Below, one piece after another: positions 27,885-38,042 of a DNA stretch of 64,000 nt. Below the pieces are notes generated by a model that had not been told where the DNA came from, searched no databases, and saw only the letters and a list, made by a program, of their open reading frames with translations. This DNA comes from Candidatus Latescibacterota bacterium (GTDB lineage Bacteria; Latescibacterota; UBA2968; UBA8231), in NCBI GenBank assembly GCA_965261395.1, contig OZ253462.1:832001-896000 (forward strand). The letters are read 5' to 3'. Both the position numbers and the translations under genes were made by a program. The stretch's first letter is position 1, and each line of letters opens with the position of its first letter.

Positions 27885-28385
27885 ATGCCCACTGAAAACT
27901 TGCTCTACACCACCGTGCCCAGTTCCATCGGCGAGTTGCTCCTAGCCGGCGACCGCACCGGCTTGCGGCACATCCATTTCAAAAGCGACGACTTTACCCA
28001 GCCGCCGGATTGGCAGGCCGTGGCTGCCTTGCCCTACCCGGTCGCCGAACAGCTCGATGCTTACTTTGCAGGGCACCTGCGCGGCTTCGACCTGCCGCTC
28101 CATCCCCAAGGAACGGCGTTTCAGCGCAAAGTCTGGGCCGCACTCGCGGAGATTCCCTACGGTGAGGCGATCTCCTACTTGGAGCTAGCTCGCCGCATCG
28201 GCAACCCAAGCTCGGTCCGCGCCGTCGGCTTGGCCAACGGCAAGAACCCCCTACCGATTGTCGTGCCTTGTCACCGCGTCATTGGCAGCAACGGCGCGCT
28301 AGTCGGCTACGCCGGAGGACTGCCGATCAAAAGAGCGTTGCTCGCCCTCGAAGGTGCGCTTTCTCCTCAACTCGATCTCTTTTAA
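27885..28385 (+). CDS. ogt: Methylated-DNA-protein-cysteine methyltransferase
   Basis: 'GTAFQRKVW..L.EIPYG', 'RAVG.ANGKNP', active-site 'PCHRVI'. Confidence 0.93.
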   Translation: MPTENLLYTTVPSSIGELLLAGDRTGLRHIHFKSDDFTQPPDWQAVAALPYPVAEQLDAYFAGHLRGFDLPLHPQGTAFQRKVWAALAEIPYGEAISYLELARRIGNPSSVRAVGLANGKNPLPIVVPCHRVIGSNGALVGYAGGLPIKRALLALEGALSPQLDLF

Positions 28386-28398
28386 GGTTGGAGGTCCC

Positions 28399-29502
28399 AT
28401 GTCCACTTATCGCGTTGCTATCATCGGCACGGGTCGCGTCGGCTATCAGTTCAGTTTCTCCGACCTGCCCGACAACCACGCCGCCGCTGTCGCTCAACAT
28501 CCCTCCTGCGAATTGGTCGCCGGTGTCAACCGAGGGCGCGACAAGCTCGACGCCTTCGGCGAGCGCTTCGGCGTCGAGGCACTCTACCACGACTATCGGC
28601 AAATGCTCGCCGAGGTGCAGCCCGACATCTGCATCGTCGCCACCCACCCCGAACTCCACGCCGCAATGGTCACCGACTGCGCCCAAGCCTCCTCGACCCG
28701 AGCCATCATCTGCGAAAAGCCGATGGCCCTTTCGCTGGGGGAATGCGACCAGATGATCGCGGCCTGCCAAGCAGAGGATGTGCTCTTGCAGATCAACCAC
28801 AACCGCCGCTGGCACGCCGAGTGGGGTCTCGCCAAAACGCTCCTCGACGCGGGGGCTATCGGCGAGCTCAACCACATCTATTGCTACATGGATGGGGGCA
28901 AGCCGGCACCTTGGTGGCGCAGCGAGAACGAAGGCCCCTTACTGCACGACTTCACCCACTATTTCGACCTGATGGATCTTTACGCTGGCGAAGTGGATTG
29001 GCTGTGCGGCATGGCTGAACAACGCATGCGTCCCTGGGCTGTCGAGGATTTTTCGGCCGCTATGCTCAAGTTCAAAGGGGGGGGCACTGGGCTGATCTGC
29101 GGTGCCGAGCTGACCCAGTACACCGACAACGCCTTTGAGTTGCGCGGCAGCACCGGCCTGATCCGCATGGACGCCGAGCAGGTCTGCCTCTTTCAGTCCA
29201 AGGTTTCGCTGTCCGAACCTGACAGCGGCTTTGAGTGGAGCAGCCTCGAAGAAGTCGAAGTCGAAAGGCCGGCAGCGGTCTCTACGTACGTCGCAGCACT
29301 ATCCGAGCTGATAGACGCCCTCGAAGGCCGCGGCACTTTGCGCAGCGGCGGTGCCGTGGGCCGCCGCTCGTTGGAAATGGTCATGGCCATCTACCAGTCG
29401 CAGCTAGAGGGCAACCGCCCCGTTCACTTTCCCGTCTCGCTCGCTGAGTCCGGCGTCGAGGCACTGCGTCGGGCGGGAAATTTTAAGGAGCTAGAAGTGT
29501 AA
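28399..29502 (+). CDS. Gfo/Idh/MocA oxidoreductase
   Basis: 'VAIIGTGRVG', 'ICEKPMA', 'NHNRRW', 'DFTHYFDL'. Confidence 0.9.
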   Translation: MSTYRVAIIGTGRVGYQFSFSDLPDNHAAAVAQHPSCELVAGVNRGRDKLDAFGERFGVEALYHDYRQMLAEVQPDICIVATHPELHAAMVTDCAQASSTRAIICEKPMALSLGECDQMIAACQAEDVLLQINHNRRWHAEWGLAKTLLDAGAIGELNHIYCYMDGGKPAPWWRSENEGPLLHDFTHYFDLMDLYAGEVDWLCGMAEQRMRPWAVEDFSAAMLKFKGGGTGLICGAELTQYTDNAFELRGSTGLIRMDAEQVCLFQSKVSLSEPDSGFEWSSLEEVEVERPAAVSTYVAALSELIDALEGRGTLRSGGAVGRRSLEMVMAIYQSQLEGNRPVHFPVSLAESGVEALRRAGNFKELEV

Positions 29503-29625
29503 GGTATATTTAGACCCCATTGTTCCAAACTTTACTAACATAACTGGTCTGGCAACCAATCGGTCGAGCATCTGCAAGAGTTTGAAGCCTTTATCCTCTG
29601 CTTCGACGGATATACTTGAAATCAC

Positions 29626-30293
29626 TTGAGTCCTCTCTCGAAACAAGCACTAATTTATCATATCACGCATGTAGACAATCTGCGTTCGATTATCAATTGT
29701 AACGCACTGTGGTCTGATGCGAAATGTATACACCAGGGACTAACCTTTGCCCAAGTTGGAATGTCGGAGATCAAAGCTCGAAGACTTAATGAGCTCGAAG
29801 ACTTAATGAGCTCGAAGTGCGGTGCCACCCAGGTACAAAGGTCGGTGAGTATGTGCCGTTTTACTTTTGTTCTAGGTCGATCATGCTTTATCTACTTTTC
29901 AGGGGAAACCATCCAGATTTGACCTATACGGGAGGCCAACGAGCCATTCTTCATCTACAGGCAAATCTCCAGACAGTAGCCAACTGGGCCGATAAACAAG
30001 GGGTAAATTGGGCATTTTCTGACCGTAATGCGAGTTCTCGATATACATCTTTCTATAATGATCTAAATGATCTTGGTCGGATCGATTGGAATGCGGTAAA
30101 CGCGGCAGATTTTCGCGATTCCCAGGTGAAGGAGGGTAAACAAGCCGAGTTTCTCATGTACCAAGAATTTCCCTGGCAGCTAGTAGAAAAAATCGGCACA
30201 TACGACCAGATGGTCGCCGACCAAGTGAATCAAACACTGCAAAATTCTACCCATCGGCCAGTTGTATCTGTTGAACGCGGGTGGTATTATTGA
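29626..30293 (+). pseudogene. darT: DarT DNA ADP-ribosyltransferase toxin (DUF4433), frameshifted by a 17-bp duplication
   Basis: Fragment 1 'IYHITHVDNL.SI...L.SD...IKARR'; fragment 2 'GEYVPFYFCSRSIMLY', 'FSDRNA', 'KQAEFL', 'WYY'; removing 17 bp gives one 216-aa ORF; lies directly upstream of darG. Confidence 0.9.
29775..29817 (+). repeat. Tandem repeat AGCTCGAAGACTTAATG x2 plus a 9-bp partial unit
   Basis: Exact units at 29775-29791 and 29792-29808; AGCTCGAAG again at 29809-29817. Confidence 0.95.
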
Positions 30294-30324
30294 TGAAGGT
30301 TTTGAAAGAAGGAGTTGAGAGACG

Positions 30325-31380
30325 ATGATTGAATTGACGCGAGGAGACATCACCAAACAAGATGCCGAGGCCCTCGTGAATACGGTGAATTGTGTAGGAG
30401 TGATGGGGCGGGGCATCGCCTTGCAATTCCGGAAGGCCTTCCCGGACAACTACGAAGCCTATCGGGCCGCTTGCAAACGTAAGGAAATACAACCGGGCCG
30501 CATGTTTGTGTCTGACCTAAACCGTATGATAAACCCGCGTCTGATTATCAATTTTCCCACAAAACGGCACTGGAAAGGGAAAAGTCGACTGGAGGATATA
30601 CGCGCTGGTTTAAAAGATCTCGTGGCAGTGTTGGAACACTATGAGGTTCAGTCTGTGGCTATTCCGCCGCTGGGATGTGGTCTCGGAGGGTTGAATTGGG
30701 GCGAGGTCTGTCCACTGATTAAAGAAGCACTTAGCGCCTTGCCTGACCTCCAGGTCTATCTATTTGAGCCCGAAGGTGCGCCATCTGCAGAGCGGATGGT
30801 CAACCATACAGCAGCTCCTAATATGACTGCTGGACGCGCCGCCCTCCTCGGCCTGATGTCTCGGTATTTGGCCGGCCTGATGGACGTGAGCGTCTCTCTT
30901 TTGGAAATCCACAAGCTGATGTATCTCTTACAGGAGACAGGCGAACCCCTAAAATTGCGCTACGCCAAGGCCACCTATGGACCCTATGCTGAGAATTTGC
31001 GTCATGTATTAGACGCCATTGAGGGTCATTTTATTACCGGATACGGTGCAGGCGAAGATGTACCGGATAAGCAGATCGAGTTGAAAGAAGATGCGGCGGA
31101 GCGGAGCAAAAACTACTTGAGCGATCATCCTGATACACGCGAAAGATTTGGCCGCGTATCCGAGTTGATTGCGGGATTTGAGACACCTTTCGGCATGGAA
31201 TTACTCACTACAGTGCACTGGGTCGCGGATCAGGAGGGTGCTGGAAATGCGGATGAGGCGATCAAGCGGACCTATGCATGGAACGACCGCAAGCGAATGT
31301 TTACATCCGAGCAGATCCACATTGCGTGGGAAGTATTGGCTAAACATGGGTGGTTGAACGCCGATTCATGTTCGGCTTAG
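30325..31380 (+). CDS. darG: DarG macrodomain antitoxin (DNA ADP-ribosyl glycohydrolase)
   Basis: 'DAEALVNTVNCVGVMGRGIALQF', 'IINFPTKRHW', 'SVAIPPLGCGLGGL.W', DarG C-terminal 'YGPYA', 'GFETPFGMELL.TVHW'. Confidence 0.93.
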   Translation: MIELTRGDITKQDAEALVNTVNCVGVMGRGIALQFRKAFPDNYEAYRAACKRKEIQPGRMFVSDLNRMINPRLIINFPTKRHWKGKSRLEDIRAGLKDLVAVLEHYEVQSVAIPPLGCGLGGLNWGEVCPLIKEALSALPDLQVYLFEPEGAPSAERMVNHTAAPNMTAGRAALLGLMSRYLAGLMDVSVSLLEIHKLMYLLQETGEPLKLRYAKATYGPYAENLRHVLDAIEGHFITGYGAGEDVPDKQIELKEDAAERSKNYLSDHPDTRERFGRVSELIAGFETPFGMELLTTVHWVADQEGAGNADEAIKRTYAWNDRKRMFTSEQIHIAWEVLAKHGWLNADSCSA

Positions 31381-31715
31381 AAACCATGAAGATCTCTGTG
31401 TTGGCGGAATTGATCTTCTCACTTGGGATGCGTAGACTAGGCCCCCTGTCAGTTGGGGAGGATAATCGTTGTACGGGTAAGGGTGTGAAGGGAATGAATT
31501 AGTATGAAGACTCTATATTGATTGTAGAATGCCTCCGCGATACATCTGTACTGTTCACCATCAAAATTCTTCAGCGTAATTTCTCGTGGACCTGGCCTTT
31601 GTTGATATCGCGTTTCTAAGTCTAAATTCTTGGATTTATAGCGCCCTTTTACCTCTACTTACAATCATTACGGGTCCTAGTGTAGACCACCAGACCTTAC
31701 ACACGGAGACCTGAC

Positions 31716-32723
31716 ATGGCCAAAGCCAAAACGCGACCGAAAAACAAAAGCCGCGCTCGCAAAAAACTCCGCGTCGCCATCATCGGCGCTGGCGGCCGCG
31801 CCCTAATGGCCCACTACCCCTCACTGCGCGACATCCCCGAGGCCGAACTAGTCGCCGTCGCCGAGCTCGACGAACAGCGCCTGCACAAAACCTGTGACCT
31901 CTACGACATCAAAGGCCGCTACAGCGACTACCGCCAAATGCTCGAGCGCGAAAAACCCGACGCGGTCTACGCCATCATGCCGCCGCACCACCTTTTCGAC
32001 ATCTGCGCCACCATTATCGAACACGGCTGCCATCTCATCATCGAAAAACCCGCCGCCGTTACCACTGAGCAAATCCGCCAGCTCGCCGCTTTAGCCCGCC
32101 GCCACAAAGTACTGACCGGCGTCGCCTTCCAACGCCGTTTTGCCCCCGTCATTCGCCGTGGCAAAACGCTGTGCGAAAAACGCGGCACCGTGCACACCGC
32201 CCACGCCAGCTTCTACAAAAACTGGGTCGGTGGCAGTCCCTACTATCGCGGAGCTTTGGACATGCTTACCTGCGATGGCATCCACGCCGTCGATACCCTG
32301 CGCTACCTATGCGGCGGCGAAGTCGAATCCGTCGCCAGCGACTCGCGCCGCCTCGACGCTGACCACTGGAATGTTCACTTAGCCCTAGTTCGTTTCAGCA
32401 GCGGGGCCACCGGACTCTTGCTCAACAATTTCATGGCCGGCCGGCGGATGTTCAGCGTCGAGGTCCACTCCCCCGGCATCTCCTTCTTCGGCGACCCCGA
32501 AGAAGGCGGCCAGCTATACGCCGACAACAAGACCGAGCCCATCGACGAGTTGGTCCCCTCTGTCTTGGCCGGCAGCGCAGAGGACTATCGAGCCTTCGGC
32601 CCCTACGATATCAACCGCCATTTCGTGGATTGCATGTTAAAGGGAAAAGACCCCGAAACGAATTTCGACGACGCGATCAAGACCATGGAATTGGTCGATG
32701 CGGTCTACCGTTCGCAGATTTGA
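31716..32723 (+). CDS. Gfo/Idh/MocA oxidoreductase
   Basis: 'VAIIGAGG', 'IIEKP', 'FQRRF', 'DGIHAVD'. Confidence 0.9.
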   Translation: MAKAKTRPKNKSRARKKLRVAIIGAGGRALMAHYPSLRDIPEAELVAVAELDEQRLHKTCDLYDIKGRYSDYRQMLEREKPDAVYAIMPPHHLFDICATIIEHGCHLIIEKPAAVTTEQIRQLAALARRHKVLTGVAFQRRFAPVIRRGKTLCEKRGTVHTAHASFYKNWVGGSPYYRGALDMLTCDGIHAVDTLRYLCGGEVESVASDSRRLDADHWNVHLALVRFSSGATGLLLNNFMAGRRMFSVEVHSPGISFFGDPEEGGQLYADNKTEPIDELVPSVLAGSAEDYRAFGPYDINRHFVDCMLKGKDPETNFDDAIKTMELVDAVYRSQI

Positions 32724-32809
32724 GCAACGCTAGTTTGGCTTTATCTATATGTCGTTTAGCAAGCTAGCCGTGATACCGCTCATAGCGGCGCTGCCTATAC
32801 GGCCGCTCC

Positions 32810-33772
32810 TTAGTCTTTTTTCGTTCCCCACCGAGTAGCGATAACTGCATCCATGAAAATCTGCCCTAGGTGAAACACAATACAAGGTATTGCTATCAAA
32901 CCCTTCTGCTCGGGCGACACCGCCGACTCCGGCAAAAAGGCCAGCACCGTCATCGCCACCGGCAAGGTCTTCTGGCTGGCCATCAGCACAACGGCCTTGC
33001 GCGCCGCCGCCTCGAGCTGCAACAGCACGCAAGCGCCGCCGTTGAGCAGCAGGTAGAGCCCGTGGATTGCTAGTCCAGACAATACTAGGATCAACAAGCT
33101 CATCGGCTCTACCTGGGCCAGCCGTCCAGCAGACTCGCTGAATTTCATCCACGGAATCGATATCAGCGCCGCGTTGCTGGCCAAAGTCAACCGCGAGCGC
33201 TGGGCGTTGATCCAATCGACGGCGAAGCGCCGCAGGTACTTGCCGACGCCCAAGGGCAGCAAGATTGAAAGACAGAGTTTGGCGAACAGATCGCCGGCCG
33301 AAAGTTCGACCTGACCTAGGGAACTCAGCAGATGCGCTAATACGAAGGGCACCGTGAAGATGCCGACGATATTGGTCAGCACCGTCAAAAGCAGGGCCAA
33401 GGCTACGTTGCCTCGGGCCTGCGCCGTCAGCGCCACGCCCGAGGTCAGGGTCGTCGGCATGCAGCAGAACAGGGCTAGACCGAATTGGAAGGCGGGCTCC
33501 ATCGGAAGTTGGAACGCGATCACTGCTCCCAGAAAGGGCGTGGCGAAGAGAATCGAAACACACCCCCAAGCCGTCGCCTTCCACGCGGCGAGGGCGGCGT
33601 GGACTTCGTCGGTCTTCAGCATCAGCCCGGAAAGGAAAAAGATAATACTGACCGCGACGTACTGCGTGGGCAGTTCGGCCATGTAGAGGCCCGGACGGGG
33701 AAAGAAGAAACCCACCACGGCCACAGCCAACAGACCAACGGGTAGGAATTGTCGCTGTAGGAAACCTAGCAT
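32810..33772 (-). CDS. Bile acid:sodium symporter-like (SBF-like) transporter
   Basis: 'IFFLSGL', 'CMPTTLTSGVALT..ARGN', 'SQKTLP', 'FHLGQI'. Confidence 0.88.
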   Translation of the reverse strand: MLGFLQRQFLPVGLLAVAVVGFFFPRPGLYMAELPTQYVAVSIIFFLSGLMLKTDEVHAALAAWKATAWGCVSILFATPFLGAVIAFQLPMEPAFQFGLALFCCMPTTLTSGVALTAQARGNVALALLLTVLTNIVGIFTVPFVLAHLLSSLGQVELSAGDLFAKLCLSILLPLGVGKYLRRFAVDWINAQRSRLTLASNAALISIPWMKFSESAGRLAQVEPMSLLILVLSGLAIHGLYLLLNGGACVLLQLEAAARKAVVLMASQKTLPVAMTVLAFLPESAVSPEQKGLIAIPCIVFHLGQIFMDAVIATRWGTKKD

Positions 33773-33783
33773 TGCTCGCTAAT

Positions 33784-33809
33784 AAAAAAGGCCGGACGCC
33801 GTCCGGCCT
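33784..33809 (-). terminator. Rho-independent terminator downstream of the DtxR-family gene
   Basis: aggccggac-gcc-gtccggcct hairpin with an A6 run on + (U run on -). Confidence 0.75.
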
Positions 33810-33843
33810 GACAGATAGAAGTTGTGTCCCCTCGGGTCGGGAT

Positions 33844-34389
33844 CTACTCGCTCTCTGCTAGGGCAACTCTGGGGTAGCCATAGCAGACGTCCTCGCAGAG
33901 GTTGCACGATTCCACATCGCCAGCGCGGCACTCCTGGGCACCTTCGCGGAACATGCAGAGAAACTCGTCAGCCGAGGGTTTTTCCGAAAATAACACGCGC
34001 AAAAAACAGACCAGCCGCACCCGCGCTTCATTGCTTACTAGGTGCTCGACCTTGCAGGCGTCGATCATTGCGTCGTCCTCGTCCATACCGAGGGCGTCTT
34101 TGAGGAACCGCTGCACGACCAAACGCGTGGCCTCAGTCTCTTGCACCACCTTCAAGCCCTGTTCGGTAAGTTCGAGGAAGCGGTTGAGGTCCTCTTGCAC
34201 ATAGCCGCGCTCCTTGAGGTGCTTCATTGCCGTCGAAACGCTGCCTTTGGTGATGCTCAGGTGCTTGGCAACATCCGAGACGCGGGCGTAGCCGTGCGCC
34301 TCGCGCAGCTCGTGGATCGCCATTAGGTGATGCGCGGCACTGTGGCTTAGTTCGTTTTCTTCGTAGGCTCTCCAGACTTCCTCAAACAT
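33844..34389 (-). CDS. DtxR/MntR-family metal-dependent transcriptional regulator with Cys-rich tail
   Basis: 'YARVSDVAKHLSITKGSVSTAMKHLKERGYV', 'LTEQG', 'DACKVEH'. Confidence 0.88.
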   Translation of the reverse strand: MFEEVWRAYEENELSHSAAHHLMAIHELREAHGYARVSDVAKHLSITKGSVSTAMKHLKERGYVQEDLNRFLELTEQGLKVVQETEATRLVVQRFLKDALGMDEDDAMIDACKVEHLVSNEARVRLVCFLRVLFSEKPSADEFLCMFREGAQECRAGDVESCNLCEDVCYGYPRVALAESE

Positions 34390-34442
34390 ACGTTTCGCCT
34401 TTCTGCCTCCGCATAAGACGCAGGGCCTCGTATTGAGTCATG

Positions 34443-35513
<1,071 letters not shown>

Positions 35514-35579
35514 TCAACCGCGCATCCTGCAGGCTATACGACAATCTAAAGGGATATAGTACCAGGCGGATGAACGGAA

Positions 35580-35599
35580 CTTTACAGCCCGATGTAAAG
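35580..35599. promoter_or_regulatory. Candidate operator palindrome CTTTACA-N6-TGTAAAG in the divergent gap/peptidase intergenic region
   Basis: Perfect 7-bp inverted repeat overlapping a TTTACA-N16-TATATT promoter-like string. Confidence 0.35.
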
Positions 35600-35780
35600 A
35601 CTTATATTGCACAGTTGCGGGAAGCGGGCAAGGCGGGCAAATCGGACTTGATTCTCAATTTTTGTGTTGCAAAAAGTTAATGAATAAACCCAACCTCAGC
35701 AAGAGCACTACCGCTGGTCGAAATGCGCGATGGCGGGCTAGGCTGAAGGGCAGGGAGGACGATCAAAGAATAGAGACGCG

Positions 35781-37193
35781 ATGCGAGAGGAAGGCATAGC
35801 CTTAGAAAAAGCGCTGCTGTGCATCGACGAGCAGCAGCGGGCCTATATCGAACAACTGAAATCCTTTATCCGCATCCCCAGTATCAGTGCTGGTGCCGAT
35901 GCTGCCGCAGGCGACGGCCTCGCCCAAGCGGCCGATTTCCTCGTCGGTCAATTCGACCAAATGGGGTTTGAGGTCGAGAAGATCCAGGTGAGGGCCGCTA
36001 CCAACCCCCTAGTCCTCGCCCGCAGCCCCGAGTTCTCGCCGCACCGACCCACCGTCTTGATCTATGGCCATTACGACGTGCAAGGGGTGGACAATCCGCG
36101 CTCGGCTTGGGAGGTGGACCCCTTCGCCGCCGAGGAGCGGGATGGCTTCCTCATCGCCCGGGGAGCCAGCGACAATAAGGGCCCCAGCTTCGCGCATCTG
36201 AAGGCAGCCGAAACCATCCTCGCCAATGGGAATCAGCTTCCGTTCGATTTGGTCTTCCTGATCGAAGGCGAGGAGGAATGCGGCAGCGCTGCATTGAGCC
36301 AGTTTGTGACCAAGGGCGGGCTGGACGAATTTTCCCCAGTGCTCTGTACGGTGATCTCCGATACCAGCATGTACGGGCCGGACCAGCCCTCGCTGACTTT
36401 GGGGCTGCGCGGCATTGTCTATACCGAGGTCGAGGTTTTTGGGCCAACGCAGGATGTGCATTCCGGCCTTTTCGGCGGCATTGTCCACAACCCGAACCAA
36501 CTTCTCGTCAACGCCTTGGCTGGCCTCATTGACGCCGAAGGGCACATTGCCGTGCCCGGTTTCTACGAGGGAGTGCAGCCGCTCTCGGCCCGTGAAAAAA
36601 GCCTCTACGATGCTCTCGCGGTTGACGAGGATGCCTATTGCCGCACCTTGGGCGTGCCCTCGCTGGAGGGAGAGCAGGAATACTCCGTCCTCGAAAGGCG
36701 CTGGACTCGTCCCACGCTCGACATCAACCTCCTCAGCGGCGGCAGTCCGCGCACCGTCATTCCGGCCGTTGCCCGAGCTGCCATCTCTTGCCGATTAGTG
36801 CCCGACCAGAATCCCGAGCGCATCCAAGCGGCCCTTGAAGGGCACATCCGCGCTCGGCTGCCCGCAGGCACCCGCGTCGAGTTCAAAAACCAGCATTGCT
36901 CACCGGCCTACCACTTGGACCTAGACCACCCCCTAGTCGAGCCAGCGCTCGAGGCCATGCGCAAGGGATTCGGGGTCGAGCCGGTATTTACCCGCGAGGG
37001 CGGCTCCATCCCCATCGTCGTCGATATTGCCGCCGCGACGGGTGCACCAGTCCTGCTCATCGGTCTAGGGCAAATCACCGATAATTGGCACGGCCCCAAC
37101 GAGCGCTTTTCCATGCGTGACTTTCACTGCGGCATCCGCACTTCGGCCGCGCTCTTATGCGAGTTGGCGCGAGTATCTCAGCGCGCAACATAG
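35781..37193 (+). CDS. M20-family dipeptidase
   Basis: 'YGHYDVQ', 'ARGASDNKG', 'EGEEECGS', 'DVHSG.FGG', 'GGSIP', 'HGPNE'. Confidence 0.92.
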   Translation: MREEGIALEKALLCIDEQQRAYIEQLKSFIRIPSISAGADAAAGDGLAQAADFLVGQFDQMGFEVEKIQVRAATNPLVLARSPEFSPHRPTVLIYGHYDVQGVDNPRSAWEVDPFAAEERDGFLIARGASDNKGPSFAHLKAAETILANGNQLPFDLVFLIEGEEECGSAALSQFVTKGGLDEFSPVLCTVISDTSMYGPDQPSLTLGLRGIVYTEVEVFGPTQDVHSGLFGGIVHNPNQLLVNALAGLIDAEGHIAVPGFYEGVQPLSAREKSLYDALAVDEDAYCRTLGVPSLEGEQEYSVLERRWTRPTLDINLLSGGSPRTVIPAVARAAISCRLVPDQNPERIQAALEGHIRARLPAGTRVEFKNQHCSPAYHLDLDHPLVEPALEAMRKGFGVEPVFTREGGSIPIVVDIAAATGAPVLLIGLGQITDNWHGPNERFSMRDFHCGIRTSAALLCELARVSQRAT

Positions 37194-37226
37194 TCCCGCC
37201 ACCCTGCACAAGACGAGGAACCACTC

Positions 37227-38042
37227 GTGTCTCTCTCCCACGCCCAAGTAACCCACTTCAAAAGCCACGGCTACACTGCGGTTGCCGATTTTTTTGATCC
37301 CCGCGAAGTCAAAGCCATGCAAGCCGAAGTCGAGCGCTTCAAACGCGAGGGCTTGGTCCGCAATGTCGCCACCGAGGGCGACGGTGAGACTCCCTCCACC
37401 ACTAAGGTCAACCTGCAACTGATTCCCCTGTACGACAAAAGCGATCTCATCCGCGCCCTGCCCTTTGACGAAAAAGTCACCGACGCGATCTCACAGCTCA
37501 TCGGCACTCCCTTCATCTTGCACCTAGATCAGATGTTTCTCAAGCCGGCCGGCCACGGCATCGGCACGGACTGGCACCAAGACAACGCTTATTTCAAAAT
37601 AGACGACCCATTAAAAGGCACTGCCATGTGGGTTGCCGTTCACGACGCAACCATCGAAAACGGCACCATCCACGTCGTACATGACTCCTTTAAGGAGGAG
37701 TACCCGCACGAGCGCGACCCCTACTCCGACCACCACATCCACTGCCAAGTACCCGAAGAGCGCACCGTGCCCATTGAGCTAAAGGCCGGTGGCATCGCCT
37801 TCTTCTGCTACGGCACCGCCCACTCTACCAAGGCAAATACCACTAATTGCGAGCGCGCCGGACTTGCCTTCCACTTTCTCCACACCGCTTGCGTCGATCG
37901 CGCCAACCTCATCGCCGCAAGACGCGGCCAGCCCGTCTTGGTAGGGCCGGAAGCCACCGGTGGCAACGCCGAATACGGCGTGCGCGTCGCTGGAACTTGG
38001 GAACGGGAAATCGAGCGCGTCCTCGAGGAAACAACCAACTAA
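37227..38042 (+). CDS. PhyH-family dioxygenase
   Basis: 'FKSHGY', 'WHQDNAYF', 'ATIENG', 'TAHST...R'. Confidence 0.9.
   Translation: MSLSHAQVTHFKSHGYTAVADFFDPREVKAMQAEVERFKREGLVRNVATEGDGETPSTTKVNLQLIPLYDKSDLIRALPFDEKVTDAISQLIGTPFILHLDQMFLKPAGHGIGTDWHQDNAYFKIDDPLKGTAMWVAVHDATIENGTIHVVHDSFKEEYPHERDPYSDHHIHCQVPEERTVPIELKAGGIAFFCYGTAHSTKANTTNCERAGLAFHFLHTACVDRANLIAARRGQPVLVGPEATGGNAEYGVRVAGTWEREIERVLEETTN

Noticed and set aside
29560-29620. Possible gene remnant 'EHLQEFEAFILCFDGYT' upstream of darT
   Set aside because: Too short to assign without a search
29817-30293. Independent 158-aa gene
   Set aside because: It is the C-terminal part of darT; the GTG is an internal Val codon and the N-terminal YHITH motif lies in the upstream fragment
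35617-35640. GCGGG(C)AA triple short repeat
   Set aside because: Short, irregular spacing, single locus; could be chance
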